Source of the DNA: an uncultured Gammaproteobacteria bacterium
GTDB taxonomy: Bacteria > Patescibacteriota > Microgenomatia > Daviesbacterales > UBA10151
DNA length: 64,000 nt
Assembly: GCA_964500725.1 (NCBI GenBank)
Contig: CAZCNP010000001.1
Location: 766 to 64,765, forward strand
Direction: 5' to 3'
Shown here: positions 18,768-28,433 of the stretch, in pieces
Layout: each line of letters starts with the position of its first letter
Position numbering within the stretch: position 1 is the stretch's first letter
Program-made: the position numbers and the translations under genes
The notes under the pieces: generated by a model
Database searches by the model: none
The model's input: only the letters and a program-made list of their open reading frames with translations
What the model was told of the DNA's origin: nothing

Positions 18768-18941
18768 ATGTTTAAGTTTATCAAGACTAAATTACTAAAT
18801 GAGAAAGAAAAAGTTTCTGCTCCAAGTTTCTTTGATTATACAGCTGCAGAGAAGAAAAAAATTGTAAAAAAAGCAGCTCAAGAAGCTAATAAAATGCAGC
18901 TTAATCTGGTAAAAAAATATAATCGTTTATATCCTGCTTAA
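18768..18941 (+). CDS. 57-aa basic protein coupled to zeta toxin (possible antitoxin)
   Basis: MFKFIKTK..SFFDYSAAEKKKIVKKAAQEANKMQ; AAGGAG upstream. Confidence 0.6.
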   Translation: MFKFIKTKLLNEKEKVSAPSFFDYTAAEKKKIVKKAAQEANKMQLNLVKKYNRLYPA

Positions 18942-18960
18942 AAACCTACCATTTTTTCTT

Positions 18961-20106
18961 TCAAGATCTATAGCTTTTGAAATAAAGCAGGGTTACTGGG
19001 GCTCCCAGTATTACAGCAAAAATTAAGGCATTAATTGGGCCTACTTTATCTGCAACAATTCCTAAGATTATAGAGAAAATCCCAAAACAAATACTTTGGC
19101 CAAAGTTATTTAAAGATCCCATGGTAGCCCTTTGCTGATTGGTAAAGGCTTTTTGCATTAAATTATCCTCAGCTACCATATTAGTCCCAAATAATAGGGA
19201 AGTAGAACTCATCAAAGCTGGTGAGGCCACAGTTGGGAATATTAAAGAAACTAAATTAATAACAAAAGAATATATCCCACTAAAAATAATTAATTTATAT
19301 TCATTGAATTTATTAATTAGCTTTCCACTAAAGTAGAAGCTCAAAGCTCCTCCTATATTAGAAGCAGTTTGGGCAAGTCCAATAGCCCAGATAGGCCAGA
19401 GGAGTTGTATAAAAGCAGATCTAAACATCCAGGCAGATTCTCCTATTCCATAACTTAAAATACCAGATAAACTTAAATATCTTAATTTTTTATTTGTTAT
19501 AAAAAGCTTTAAGGATTCAGCTAGATGATTATAAATATTAGTGCTTTCTTTTTTATGAATTTTTGGCTCTTTAAAAAGAAAGCTTAGCAAAATACAAACA
19601 ACTGGAGAAAGGATTGATAACCAAAATACTAAAGGAAAAGATTTAGCAGCAATAAAAGAACCTAACACTGCTGAGATAGCTAAGGCTACCTGATCCATAG
19701 AAGAAGTTTTTCCCAACACTTCATGGTAAATATTTACCCTGCCTTGTTCACTTAAAGTATCATAAAGTAAAGCTGTATTATTCCCACTAAAAAAAGATCT
19801 GCTTATCCCTTCTGCAACAGCTCCTAAAAGCAGTACCCAATAAGAAAACCCTAAGGCATAACAGAAAATACCAAAAGTTAAAAATAGGCTTCCCAAAAGG
19901 ATAGTTTTCTTTCTGCCAATATAATCAGAAAATACCCCTGTGGGAATCTCAAAAAGGGCAGAGGATAAGTAGGTAGCAGAGAAAATACTCATCCCCAAAG
20001 CATAAGAACCACTAACTTGGGAAAAATAGATAATAGCAATAGGAGCATAAAACCTAAAATCAGCAAAGAAATTAAACAAATAAAATAAATTAATATTCCT
20101 ATTCAT
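18961..20106 (-). CDS. MFS transporter
   Basis: EIPTGVFSDYIGRKKT, ~12 TM. Confidence 0.9.
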   Translation of the reverse strand: MNRNINLFYLFNFFADFRFYAPIAIIYFSQVSGSYALGMSIFSATYLSSALFEIPTGVFSDYIGRKKTILLGSLFLTFGIFCYALGFSYWVLLLGAVAEGISRSFFSGNNTALLYDTLSEQGRVNIYHEVLGKTSSMDQVALAISAVLGSFIAAKSFPLVFWLSILSPVVCILLSFLFKEPKIHKKESTNIYNHLAESLKLFITNKKLRYLSLSGILSYGIGESAWMFRSAFIQLLWPIWAIGLAQTASNIGGALSFYFSGKLINKFNEYKLIIFSGIYSFVINLVSLIFPTVASPALMSSTSLLFGTNMVAEDNLMQKAFTNQQRATMGSLNNFGQSICFGIFSIILGIVADKVGPINALIFAVILGAPVTLLYFKSYRS

Positions 20107-20149
20107 TCTTACATTGTACAGTACTCAAACCCTGCAATTGCTCACAGAA

Positions 20150-20713
20150 TTAAATAAGTTCTAACAACCCCTTTTCTGCGGCATTAAAATCCTCAAATGT
20201 TTTATATCCATACTTTTCTGCTTCCTGTTTATATTTTTCTCTTTCACAGTTAAAAAAGAGTTCTGCTTCTTTTCTTTGTAATCTTTCTGTTTTTCCCCAT
20301 CTTGGGTTTTTCTTATTCCTTTCAAAGATTTGTTCCAAAGATTCTCCTAATAAAAATATCCCTGGAAAACTAAAATCTTTATTTGCTAGATGAGGAAGGA
20401 TATTTACTCCTTCTACTACTACTGATTTATGAAATTTTATAGTTTCTTTAACTTTGTTTAACATTGTTGGCCAAAAGGCCTCTGATTGAGCAACTAAATT
20501 TTTCCAATGATCTTCGCAAGAAGTTTGTGTTAAATACTTTTCTTCATCTTGATTAAAGAAAAAATCAGTCCAATACCTTAAGTTTGGGTCATTTCTCATT
20601 TCTGCTCTTAATGTATCTAAATTTAAATGGAAAGCTCCAGTTTTTTCAGCAACTTTTCTTGCTAAATAACTTTTCCCTGATGCTGGTATCCCACCAATAA
20701 AAACATGGCTCAT
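20150..20713 (-). CDS. P-loop kinase
   Basis: GGIPASGKS, VVEGVNILP. Confidence 0.75.
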   Translation of the reverse strand: MSHVFIGGIPASGKSYLARKVAEKTGAFHLNLDTLRAEMRNDPNLRYWTDFFFNQDEEKYLTQTSCEDHWKNLVAQSEAFWPTMLNKVKETIKFHKSVVVEGVNILPHLANKDFSFPGIFLLGESLEQIFERNKKNPRWGKTERLQRKEAELFFNCEREKYKQEAEKYGYKTFEDFNAAEKGLLELI

Positions 20714-20806
20714 AAGCTTAGTATAGATGTTTACATCTGTAATTCAAAGAATTACAGAAAGCATAAGCAACTATCTTACAATCTAACTTTTTGTTAGAAT
20801 TTTGCT

Positions 20807-21337
20807 ATGATCACAAGAAAGCAACAGAAATGGATTGATCATCTCTCTGATGTAGATAAAATAAAGATAGTTCCTTTTGATCCAACTGCTGAAGAAAAAT
20901 TTCAAAAAATAAAACAAAAAATTCAGGATGCCTTGGGAAAAGATATTTCTGTTTTACATCGTGGAGCATCTAGCTTAGGTATTTCTGGACAAGATGAAAT
21001 TGATATTTATGTTCCAGTTCCTTCTAATCAATTTAATCCACTAATAGAACCATTAAAGAATCTTTTTGGAAATCACGGAAGTCTTTATCCATTAGAAAGA
21101 GTGCATTTCGTAACAGAAGTTGATGGAAAACATATAGATATATTTTTAATAAATAATGAGTGTGAGGGTTGGACTAATGGAGTTAAGTTCGAAAATTACC
21201 TTCGTTCCTATCCAGATACCTTGGAAGCATATAGATTATTAAAAGAGAACGGAGATGGATTATCAGGTAGAGAATACTACCGCAGGAAGATTGAATTCTT
21301 TAATGAAGTACTATCTAAACTGGACAAAGGGTGCTAA
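20807..21337 (+). CDS. GrpB/UPF0157 nucleotidyltransferase-fold protein
   Basis: HRGASSLGISGQDEIDI, F..YL..Y..LK. Confidence 0.8.
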   Translation: MITRKQQKWIDHLSDVDKIKIVPFDPTAEEKFQKIKQKIQDALGKDISVLHRGASSLGISGQDEIDIYVPVPSNQFNPLIEPLKNLFGNHGSLYPLERVHFVTEVDGKHIDIFLINNECEGWTNGVKFENYLRSYPDTLEAYRLLKENGDGLSGREYYRRKIEFFNEVLSKLDKGC

Positions 21338-21465
21338 ATGCCCTGTATCTGGAAAAATCAAAAACCCAATTTTCCCTTTACCACCAACAATATATTCTCC
21401 GGTAATTTTATCAATTTCTAATCTTTGTATCGTGTGATCTTTTATAATAGTTTCAACAAAATTCA

Positions 21466-22092
21466 TTATTTATTTTCTCTTTGGCTAATCTTCCAAAATC
21501 TTAAAATCCCATACCCAATTAGCAAACCTCCCACAATTCCATTTAATAGTTGGATTAATAAAGCAGGAACAGTTCCCTTTATAAGAGAGAATATCATTAC
21601 AGACAAACCCATAAATAAGAATGTAGCAAAACCAGTTCCTAAGCCAAAAATTAATAATTCTTTTCTGGTGTAGTTATACTCAACAGCTTTTGCAGTAAAT
21701 AGACTGGTGAATGTAACAATTGTCTGAGGACTAGATATAGTGATTAAAAAAACTGAGGTAAAACTTGTTAGGATACCTGTGGATGCTATTGTCAAAATAT
21801 TTAATGTATTACCATTAACTGCCCCTTTTAAAATTAAAGATCCCAGGATTATCAATACTCCTGAGCTAATAATCCCAAAAGGTTTTTTAACCTTTTTATG
21901 TTCAATCAGTTTACCGATACCAACAATTGCTAAAGAAATATAAAGGTAGTCAACAAGGGTTACAGCCAATACTCCTGCAAAACCATCTATAAATGATCTC
22001 TGCAAAGCCAAGTTAATAATAAAGAAAAATACAGGACCAATGGCAAGCTGTAAAGTTAACCCTGTTAATAAACCATTTATAAAAATATTCAT
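21466..22092 (-). CDS. LysE family translocator (likely start MNIFING)
   Basis: LAIGPVFF, ~6 TM. Confidence 0.8.
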   Translation of the reverse strand: MNIFINGLLTGLTLQLAIGPVFFFIINLALQRSFIDGFAGVLAVTLVDYLYISLAIVGIGKLIEHKKVKKPFGIISSGVLIILGSLILKGAVNGNTLNILTIASTGILTSFTSVFLITISSPQTIVTFTSLFTAKAVEYNYTRKELLIFGLGTGFATFLFMGLSVMIFSLIKGTVPALLIQLLNGIVGGLLIGYGILRFWKISQRENK

Positions 22093-22102
22093 CTGTGTAT
22101 CA

Positions 22103-22226
22103 TGAACTACTCTGCAGTTTACGTTTGCGAAGCAAAGGAAAGCTTTGCTTACTGCGGAGTATCCCTTCGGGTGAATTCTTTTTAAACCTTCCATCCCCAA
22201 AGCCTACTGACGGGGTATTCTGGTTC
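22103..22226. mobile_element. Small palindromic element (IS200/IS605-end-like, non-autonomous)
   Basis: TACTCTGCAGT..ACTGCGGAGTA with nested hairpins; ATCCCC..GGGGTATTC. Confidence 0.35.
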
Positions 22227-22448
22227 AAAAATAAAAGTAAAAAGGGTCCTTACTCAAATTGTACAACTTTTCTAGTTATTTTTGACAAATATAGAAAACT
22301 TTAGTTTAATAAAGCTATAGCTGAATGCAAAGTTAAAAAGCCTATTTTTGCTTAAAATAAAAAATTAAGGCTACATTGTAAGAATTCTCGTACTAAAATA
22401 CAACTTGACTTTCATAATTCTCGGGCTATAATTGAACATAGTGAAATT

Positions 22449-23699
22449 ATGATAAGAAGAGTCATACTAAACCAGATACAAAATCACCTTTCAAATCCTG
22501 AAATTACCCTTATTGTGGGACCGCGCCAGGCTGGTAAAACCACGTTGATGGAGATATTAAGAGATGATTTAGAGAAAAAGGGCGAAAAAACTCTTTTTCT
22601 AAATCTTGATTTCAATGCAGACCGGCCTTTTTTCGACTCCCAGGAGAAACTCCTGCAAAGAATTTCCTACGAGATGGGTCAAGATAAAGGGTATGTTTTT
22701 ATTGATGAAATACAAAGGAAAGAAGACGCCGGAGTATTCCTAAAAGGACTTTATGATATGAAGCTACCATATAAATTTATTGTCTCAGGATCTGGAAGCA
22801 TAGAACTGAAAGAGAAAATTCATGAATCATTGCCAGGCAGAAAAAGGCTGTTTGAACTTACAACTTTAAGTTTTGAAGAGTTTGTGGCATATAAGCAAGG
22901 TCGTTCCTTTGTAAAGCTTGCTACCTTTTTTGATCTTTTTGGGGAGTTGTCCATTCAATATCTTGAAGAGTATCTAAATTTTGGGGGATATCCTAAGGTG
23001 GTGCTGGCACCAACTATCGATGAAAAACGGGCAACTATTGCTGATATTTACCAAAGTTTTCTGGAAAAAGATATGTCAGTTCTTTTAAACATCCAAAAAA
23101 CTGAAAGCTTAACTGCCTTACTTAGAGTCCTTGCTTCCCAAATAGGTAATTTAGTTAATTTGGCAGAGCTTTCCAATACTTTAGGAATCTCAGTTCAAAC
23201 TGTCAAAGATTATCTCTGGTATTTGGAAAAAACCTATATCATCAGCAAAGTTACACCTTATTTTAAGAATACCAGAAAGGAAATAACAAAAAGTCCTGTC
23301 TACTATTTTGTTGATTTGGGACTTCGCAACTTCGCAGCCAATCAGTTTGGCAATGCCACTTTTGACTCTGCTGGGTTTTTATTTGAAAATTTTGTCCACA
23401 ACAATCTTAAAAATCATCTTCAGCTTACCCCTACTACTGTTCATTTTTGGAGAACCAAGGATAGGGCTGAGGTTGATTTTGTCCTAAATACTGGCAAAGA
23501 GGTTGTACCTATAGAGGTCAAGTATACAAACTTAAAAAAGCCTGAGACGAGCCGTTCTTTTAGATCATTTCTAACCAAATATAAAGTACCAAAAGCATTT
23601 ATTGTGAATATTAGTTTAACCCAGGAAATAACTACTGAAGGAACTAAAGTTTATTTTGTTCCCTTCTTTAACACCCAAATTATAACTAAAAATATATAG
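22449..23699 (+). CDS. AAA_14 ATPase with DUF4143 domain
   Basis: GPRQAGKTT, IDEIQ, GGYP, EVDF..IEVK. Confidence 0.9.
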   Translation: MIRRVILNQIQNHLSNPEITLIVGPRQAGKTTLMEILRDDLEKKGEKTLFLNLDFNADRPFFDSQEKLLQRISYEMGQDKGYVFIDEIQRKEDAGVFLKGLYDMKLPYKFIVSGSGSIELKEKIHESLPGRKRLFELTTLSFEEFVAYKQGRSFVKLATFFDLFGELSIQYLEEYLNFGGYPKVVLAPTIDEKRATIADIYQSFLEKDMSVLLNIQKTESLTALLRVLASQIGNLVNLAELSNTLGISVQTVKDYLWYLEKTYIISKVTPYFKNTRKEITKSPVYYFVDLGLRNFAANQFGNATFDSAGFLFENFVHNNLKNHLQLTPTTVHFWRTKDRAEVDFVLNTGKEVVPIEVKYTNLKKPETSRSFRSFLTKYKVPKAFIVNISLTQEITTEGTKVYFVPFFNTQIITKNI

Positions 23700-23738
23700 T
23701 AAAAGTATTATTCAGCAAATAGTTCACTGTCCTATCAA

Positions 23739-23767
23739 GTGCCGAGGAGAGGAATTGAACCTCCACG
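23739..23767 (-). other. Orphan tRNA-Leu 3'-end fragment (att scar)
   Basis: CGTGGAGGTTCAATTCCTCTCCTCGGCAC, 27/29 to the 3' end of tRNA-Leu(TAG). Confidence 0.6.
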
Positions 23768-23788
23768 AAGCAAATATATTTCACAAAA

Positions 23789-24523
23789 TTACCACAGTAA
23801 AGGAATTTTTCTATCAGGAGGTAAAGCTGTCCTTCCTTTTGATATCGAAGGAGAATAATACCAATCATAGGAAGAAAATTGGTTTGGACTAGATGCTTTA
23901 AAAATCTCATCGGGACCCAATAAATATACAGCCTTCCTATATGCATTTTTTAAATCATGATAGTTTCTTAAATATGTCGAGTAAGAACAGTATGGCGTCA
24001 GTTTATAAACATATTCTGCAGCATTAATTTCTGTATTAAACATATTCATTGCTGTAATCACACCATCGGAAAGTAAACGCCTAAAGTCCTGATTGACCCA
24101 CATGTCAGTGGTCCAAAAATCGTTTCCATCAATGATTTTTCTCTCGCGAATTTCATCTATCGCTCTGTTGAATCTGTTGCCTACATCAAAAGTTACTTCG
24201 TAATTAAAACAAACATGTCTATAAATTTTATCTTTAGGAGGATCTGGCAAATGTGCAAGTGTGAATAATTCTGAAAGCGAAACATCGATGTCAGGTGAAA
24301 TTTTTCGGTACAAATCATAAGCCTGAGTAATAGCACCTACTTCGTTTACTCTCAATAAACCTCTATCTAAAATTACAGCAAGCCAAAGACCAGCATTTGA
24401 AAGTGGGTGTTTTTTAAGTAGCGTTTCTCTTTTATGATCCTGTTCCGCAAGAGTGAGTCCGTGTGGTTGAAAAATTCTTCCAACCAAGGCTCTTGGTACT
24501 TCCGTAATCCCCATTTGAATCAT
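23789..24523 (-). CDS. Hypothetical protein (start after tRNA-Leu)
   Basis: ORF-track N-terminus runs through the tRNA; ATG 24523 or 24514 more likely. Confidence 0.6.
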   Translation of the reverse strand: MIQMGITEVPRALVGRIFQPHGLTLAEQDHKRETLLKKHPLSNAGLWLAVILDRGLLRVNEVGAITQAYDLYRKISPDIDVSLSELFTLAHLPDPPKDKIYRHVCFNYEVTFDVGNRFNRAIDEIRERKIIDGNDFWTTDMWVNQDFRRLLSDGVITAMNMFNTEINAAEYVYKLTPYCSYSTYLRNYHDLKNAYRKAVYLLGPDEIFKASSPNQFSSYDWYYSPSISKGRTALPPDRKIPLLW

Positions 24524-24550
24524 TTTAACATAGCTTACAACCTTCTTTTG

Positions 24551-24633
24551 TGCGGACGAAAGGAGTTGAACCTTCACCCCATTGCTGGGACAGCGCTCTG
24601 AACGCTGCGCGTCTGCCATTCCGCCACGTCCGC
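24551..24633 (-). tRNA. tRNA-Leu(CAG)
   Basis: CAGCG-TTCAGAG-CGCTG, GGTTCAACTCC. Confidence 0.93.
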
Positions 24634-24673
24634 ATGTCACATATTCTAACATCAATGATATAATATTTCCGCT

Positions 24674-25699
24674 GTGGCAAATACAACAAACAATAAGTAC
24701 CCTTTCCAGCAAAAGATAGTGACTTTTGGTGGGGGGACTGGACATTTTTCTTTACTTAGAGGATTAGTTGAGCAAAACCAGCCAGACCTTTTAACTGCTG
24801 TTGTAGGAACATGGGATTCTGGTGGATCTTCTGGGAGACTAAGAACAGAAGTAGGTATTTTACCCCCTGGGGATATTAGACAGTGTTTGCTAGCTTTAAT
24901 GGAGGATCCCAAACAAAGACAAGTAGCCCAGAAACTATTTGATGACAGGCTGGAAGATATCAGTGGTCCTTTGAAAGGGCACAGTTTTGGGAACCTGGTA
25001 GCAGCCAGGCTTGAACATATTTATAAAGGCCCGGACAGGGGAGTTGAGGCTGAAAGATTATTATTTAGAATCAAAGGCAGGGTTTTACCAATTTCCTTAA
25101 CAGAACTTAATTTAATGGCCAAGTTAGTAGGTGGGGAAGAAATTGAAGGGGAAACTAATATTGACCTTAGAGGTGAAAGCAAAAACTATAATCCCAAACA
25201 TAGAATTTTAAGAATTTATTTTGATACTAATGCTGATCCTAATCCAGAAGTAATTGAACAAATTTCCTGTGCTGATAAAATCATTTTTTCAGCAGGAGAT
25301 TTATATACCTCTCTGCTTCCACACCTTTTAGTTGGGGGAATTAAAGAAGCAATTATAGCCTCAAAAACCAAAGTTATTTTAGTTTTGAACCTGATGACCA
25401 AAAGAGGAGAAACAGATTTTTTCCAAGCCTCAGATTATTTAAAAGCATTTTTATCCTATTTAGAAGATAAAAACAGAATAAATTATATGATTGCCAATTC
25501 AAATGGTTTGGATCCAGAAGTATTGAAGATTTATAAAAAACAAGGACAAGGGGTGGTTAAGGTAGATGAGGAGGGATGCAAGAAAGTTTCCCCAGCTACC
25601 AAGATTATAAAATCAAATTTGGCAATTTATCACTTAAGAGACCATCTTTTCCGTCATGATCCAGCCTCTTTGGCAAAGCTGATTTTAGAGCTAAATTAG
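24674..25699 (+). CDS. yvcK: YvcK/GlmR (CofD-like) protein
   Basis: FGGGTG, DSGGSSGRLR, PPGDIRQCL, GHSFGNL. Confidence 0.88.
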   Translation: MANTTNNKYPFQQKIVTFGGGTGHFSLLRGLVEQNQPDLLTAVVGTWDSGGSSGRLRTEVGILPPGDIRQCLLALMEDPKQRQVAQKLFDDRLEDISGPLKGHSFGNLVAARLEHIYKGPDRGVEAERLLFRIKGRVLPISLTELNLMAKLVGGEEIEGETNIDLRGESKNYNPKHRILRIYFDTNADPNPEVIEQISCADKIIFSAGDLYTSLLPHLLVGGIKEAIIASKTKVILVLNLMTKRGETDFFQASDYLKAFLSYLEDKNRINYMIANSNGLDPEVLKIYKKQGQGVVKVDEEGCKKVSPATKIIKSNLAIYHLRDHLFRHDPASLAKLILELN

Positions 25700-25841
25700 C
25701 CTCAAAAATGGCATTGACAAATCCCAAATTTTAGAGTTACTATAATTCACTGCTAGAGAATTAACAGGTTCTGCGAGCACGAGGTATAATAATTCATACC
25801 GAAGTGCGAAGCAGGTCCTTATCAAAGGCAACAAAAAGCAG

Positions 25842-26438
25842 ATGGACACTGTAAAACCTCAAGCCAGAATATGGTTTGTGGCTGCCTGGTTTGGAGCATC
25901 CACAACTACCTTAATATTTACTATTTTATTTAGCTTGTACCTATCAAGCCCAAAACTCATTACCCCTCATAATAGCGGACAAAGCTTTAAACTTTATGCA
26001 GCTTTACCTAAAACAGAAGCAGAGGTTACTGATGGGATAGTTGCTGCTGATGGCAGGGCTAAAATAGTTGAAAACTTTTTTGTAAGTTATCAAGCTCCTT
26101 TGGCTGAGCATAGCCAGACTTTTATTGAGGTGGCTGATAAGTACCAATTAGACTGGAGGCTGCTTCCCTCGATTGCTATGCAGGAATCAAATGGAGGCAA
26201 AAAAATTATAGAGGAATCCTATAATCCCTTTGGGTATGGGATTTATGGAAAGCTGGTTACTAAGTTTGACTCCTGGGATATGGCAATAGAAAGAGTAGGC
26301 AGGGCTTTAAGAGAAGACTATCTAAATCAGGGTTTGAAAAATCCAACTCAAATTATGGCCAAATACACCCCTCCATCTTTGGAAAAGGGTGGAGCCTGGG
26401 CCAAAGGTGTTTTAACCTTCATGAAAGAACTGCAATAG
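25842..26438 (+). CDS. Membrane-anchored lysozyme-like/glucosaminidase protein
   Basis: YQLDWRLLPSIAMQESNGGK, YNPFGYG. Confidence 0.7.
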   Translation: MDTVKPQARIWFVAAWFGASTTTLIFTILFSLYLSSPKLITPHNSGQSFKLYAALPKTEAEVTDGIVAADGRAKIVENFFVSYQAPLAEHSQTFIEVADKYQLDWRLLPSIAMQESNGGKKIIEESYNPFGYGIYGKLVTKFDSWDMAIERVGRALREDYLNQGLKNPTQIMAKYTPPSLEKGGAWAKGVLTFMKELQ

Positions 26439-26516
26439 ACCTCTAGACTTGACATTTTAATTTCACTTTGCTATACTATCGGCTTCATCCTGTCTTTTTG
26501 TGACAGGATTTTTTTT

Positions 26517-27107
26517 ATGAAAGCAAAAATATTGTTTTCTTTTCTTTTAACTTTTCTTCTTATTCTAACCAGCAAACAAGTGTTGGCCCAAACTAGTGAA
26601 AACAACCTCACTAGTTACCAAGTTGAAAGCAAAAAGCTGGATAACAGGGCTAAAATACTCTCTGAGTATTTGGCTCAATTTAACTCACCTCTACAAAATC
26701 ATGCTCAAGATTTTATTGAGGCTGCTGATACTTATAACCTGGACTGGAAAATGGTAGCCTCTATTGCTGGGGTAGAATCTACTTTTGGTAAACATATTCC
26801 TGGTGGATACAATGCCTGGGGATGGGGAGTATATGGCACACAAGCCATTTATTTTAACTCATGGAGAGATGGTATTTTTACTGTTTCCAAGGGTCTAAGG
26901 GAAAACTACTTAAACAAAGGCTTAACTGATCCTTATTCTATAAATAGAATTTATGCTGCCTCTCCTTCCTGGGGCAAAAATGTTAGTTACTTCATGCAGG
27001 ATTTAGAAAAGTTTGCTAGTGACTTTAAGATAGACAAACAAGAAATAACCCAACTTGACAAAGCTCCAATGATAGCTGCTATCTCTGGCCAATTAGTTTC
27101 AAAGTGA
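26517..27107 (+). CDS. Secreted lysozyme-like/glucosaminidase protein (paralog)
   Basis: Signal peptide; YNLDWKMVASIAGVESTFGK, YNAWGWG. Confidence 0.7.
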   Translation: MKAKILFSFLLTFLLILTSKQVLAQTSENNLTSYQVESKKLDNRAKILSEYLAQFNSPLQNHAQDFIEAADTYNLDWKMVASIAGVESTFGKHIPGGYNAWGWGVYGTQAIYFNSWRDGIFTVSKGLRENYLNKGLTDPYSINRIYAASPSWGKNVSYFMQDLEKFASDFKIDKQEITQLDKAPMIAAISGQLVSK

Positions 27108-27119
27108 TACAATCTCTTC

Positions 27120-28433
27120 ATGCTCTTTTTTCCTGCAATTTTGTTAGGTAAAACAATTGCCTACTTCACAAAGTTTTTCAATCTTGGTGGTGGCTCAGCT
27201 GCTCCTGGGCTTTATGCTTTAAAATTAGAACCTAATTTGGTAGAAAAATTAAGCTCTAATATCCCAAAAAATATAGTAATTACAGGCACCAATGGTAAAA
27301 CCACTACCTCTAAAATGCTTGCCCATTTTGCTAAAAACTCTGGATTAAAAGTTATCAGAAATCACACTGGCTCAAATTTAGAAAGAGGCATTGCATCAAC
27401 CCTAATTTCTAACTATACCCTACACCCTAGACCCTACCTCCGTTCTTCGGAGGCAAGCTCTGCTTATACCCTAGACTTAGGGATTTGGGAGCTTGATGAG
27501 GCTGCCTTTAACAGCGTGGCTCCAAAACTAAAACCAGAGATAGTAGTTTTTTTAAATGTATTTAGGGATCAACTGGACAGGTATGGGGAAGTTGACAGTA
27601 TGGTAAAAAAGTGGTGCCAGACTTTAAAAACACTTGATCCAAAAACCCTGGTATTAGTAAATGGTGATGATGCCAATACAGCTGAGCTGAAGAAATGCTT
27701 TACAGGAAAGGTCCAGAAATTTGGAGTTAAAGGCTTAAAGATAACAGGTGAGGCCACAGAACACCAACAAGGAAAAGGTAAGTTAGACTATGAGGCCAGA
27801 AATATTAAATTTACTGGACTTAAGAATTCTAATTTTTCACTCTTAACTCATAACTCTACACTCTTAACTCGGTTACCCGTGCCAGGGCTTTATCATATTT
27901 ATGATTTCCTGGCCAGTTTTGCTGCTGGAGTTAACTTAGGTTTAGCACCCAAACAAATAATTTCTTCTCTCAAAAGCTATTCCCCAGCTTTCGGAAGAGT
28001 AGAAAAACTTCCCTTTGGGCATATATTCCTAATTAAAAATCCAGCTGGGGCTACCCAGGTTTTTGAAACTATTACTCCTAATATAAAACCTAATGACACC
28101 TTACTGCTGGCTTTAAATGATAACTTAGCAGATGGCACAGATGTTTCCTGGATCTGGGACGCCAAATTTGAAAAACTACGAACTACAAACTACAAACTTC
28201 AAACTATCTGCTCTGGCGCCAGAGCCTATGATCTGGCTAACAGATTAAAATATGCTGGGTTTGATCCTGAAAAGATTATCATTGAGCCAGAACTAAATAA
28301 GGCCTTTAAGCAGGCTAGAAGGAACCAAAAAGGCCACCTGTTTATCCTGCCTACCTATACAGCAATGCTTGAACTACAATCAATCCTGGTCAAAGCTGGA
28401 ATCAAGAAACATTACTGGGAGACAGAATCATGA
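27120..28433 (+). CDS. murT: Lipid II isoglutaminyl synthase subunit MurT
   Basis: GTNGKTTT, RDQLDRYGE, DGTDVSWIWD, LPTYTAML. Confidence 0.93.
   Translation: MLFFPAILLGKTIAYFTKFFNLGGGSAAPGLYALKLEPNLVEKLSSNIPKNIVITGTNGKTTTSKMLAHFAKNSGLKVIRNHTGSNLERGIASTLISNYTLHPRPYLRSSEASSAYTLDLGIWELDEAAFNSVAPKLKPEIVVFLNVFRDQLDRYGEVDSMVKKWCQTLKTLDPKTLVLVNGDDANTAELKKCFTGKVQKFGVKGLKITGEATEHQQGKGKLDYEARNIKFTGLKNSNFSLLTHNSTLLTRLPVPGLYHIYDFLASFAAGVNLGLAPKQIISSLKSYSPAFGRVEKLPFGHIFLIKNPAGATQVFETITPNIKPNDTLLLALNDNLADGTDVSWIWDAKFEKLRTTNYKLQTICSGARAYDLANRLKYAGFDPEKIIIEPELNKAFKQARRNQKGHLFILPTYTAMLELQSILVKAGIKKHYWETES

Noticed and set aside
21311-21466. 51-aa minus-strand ORF after lysE
   Set aside because: No recognisable motif and overlaps the convergent GrpB gene; at most a remnant
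24524-24745. N-terminal extension of the 318-aa ORF
   Set aside because: Runs through tRNA-Leu(CAG) and overlaps yvcK
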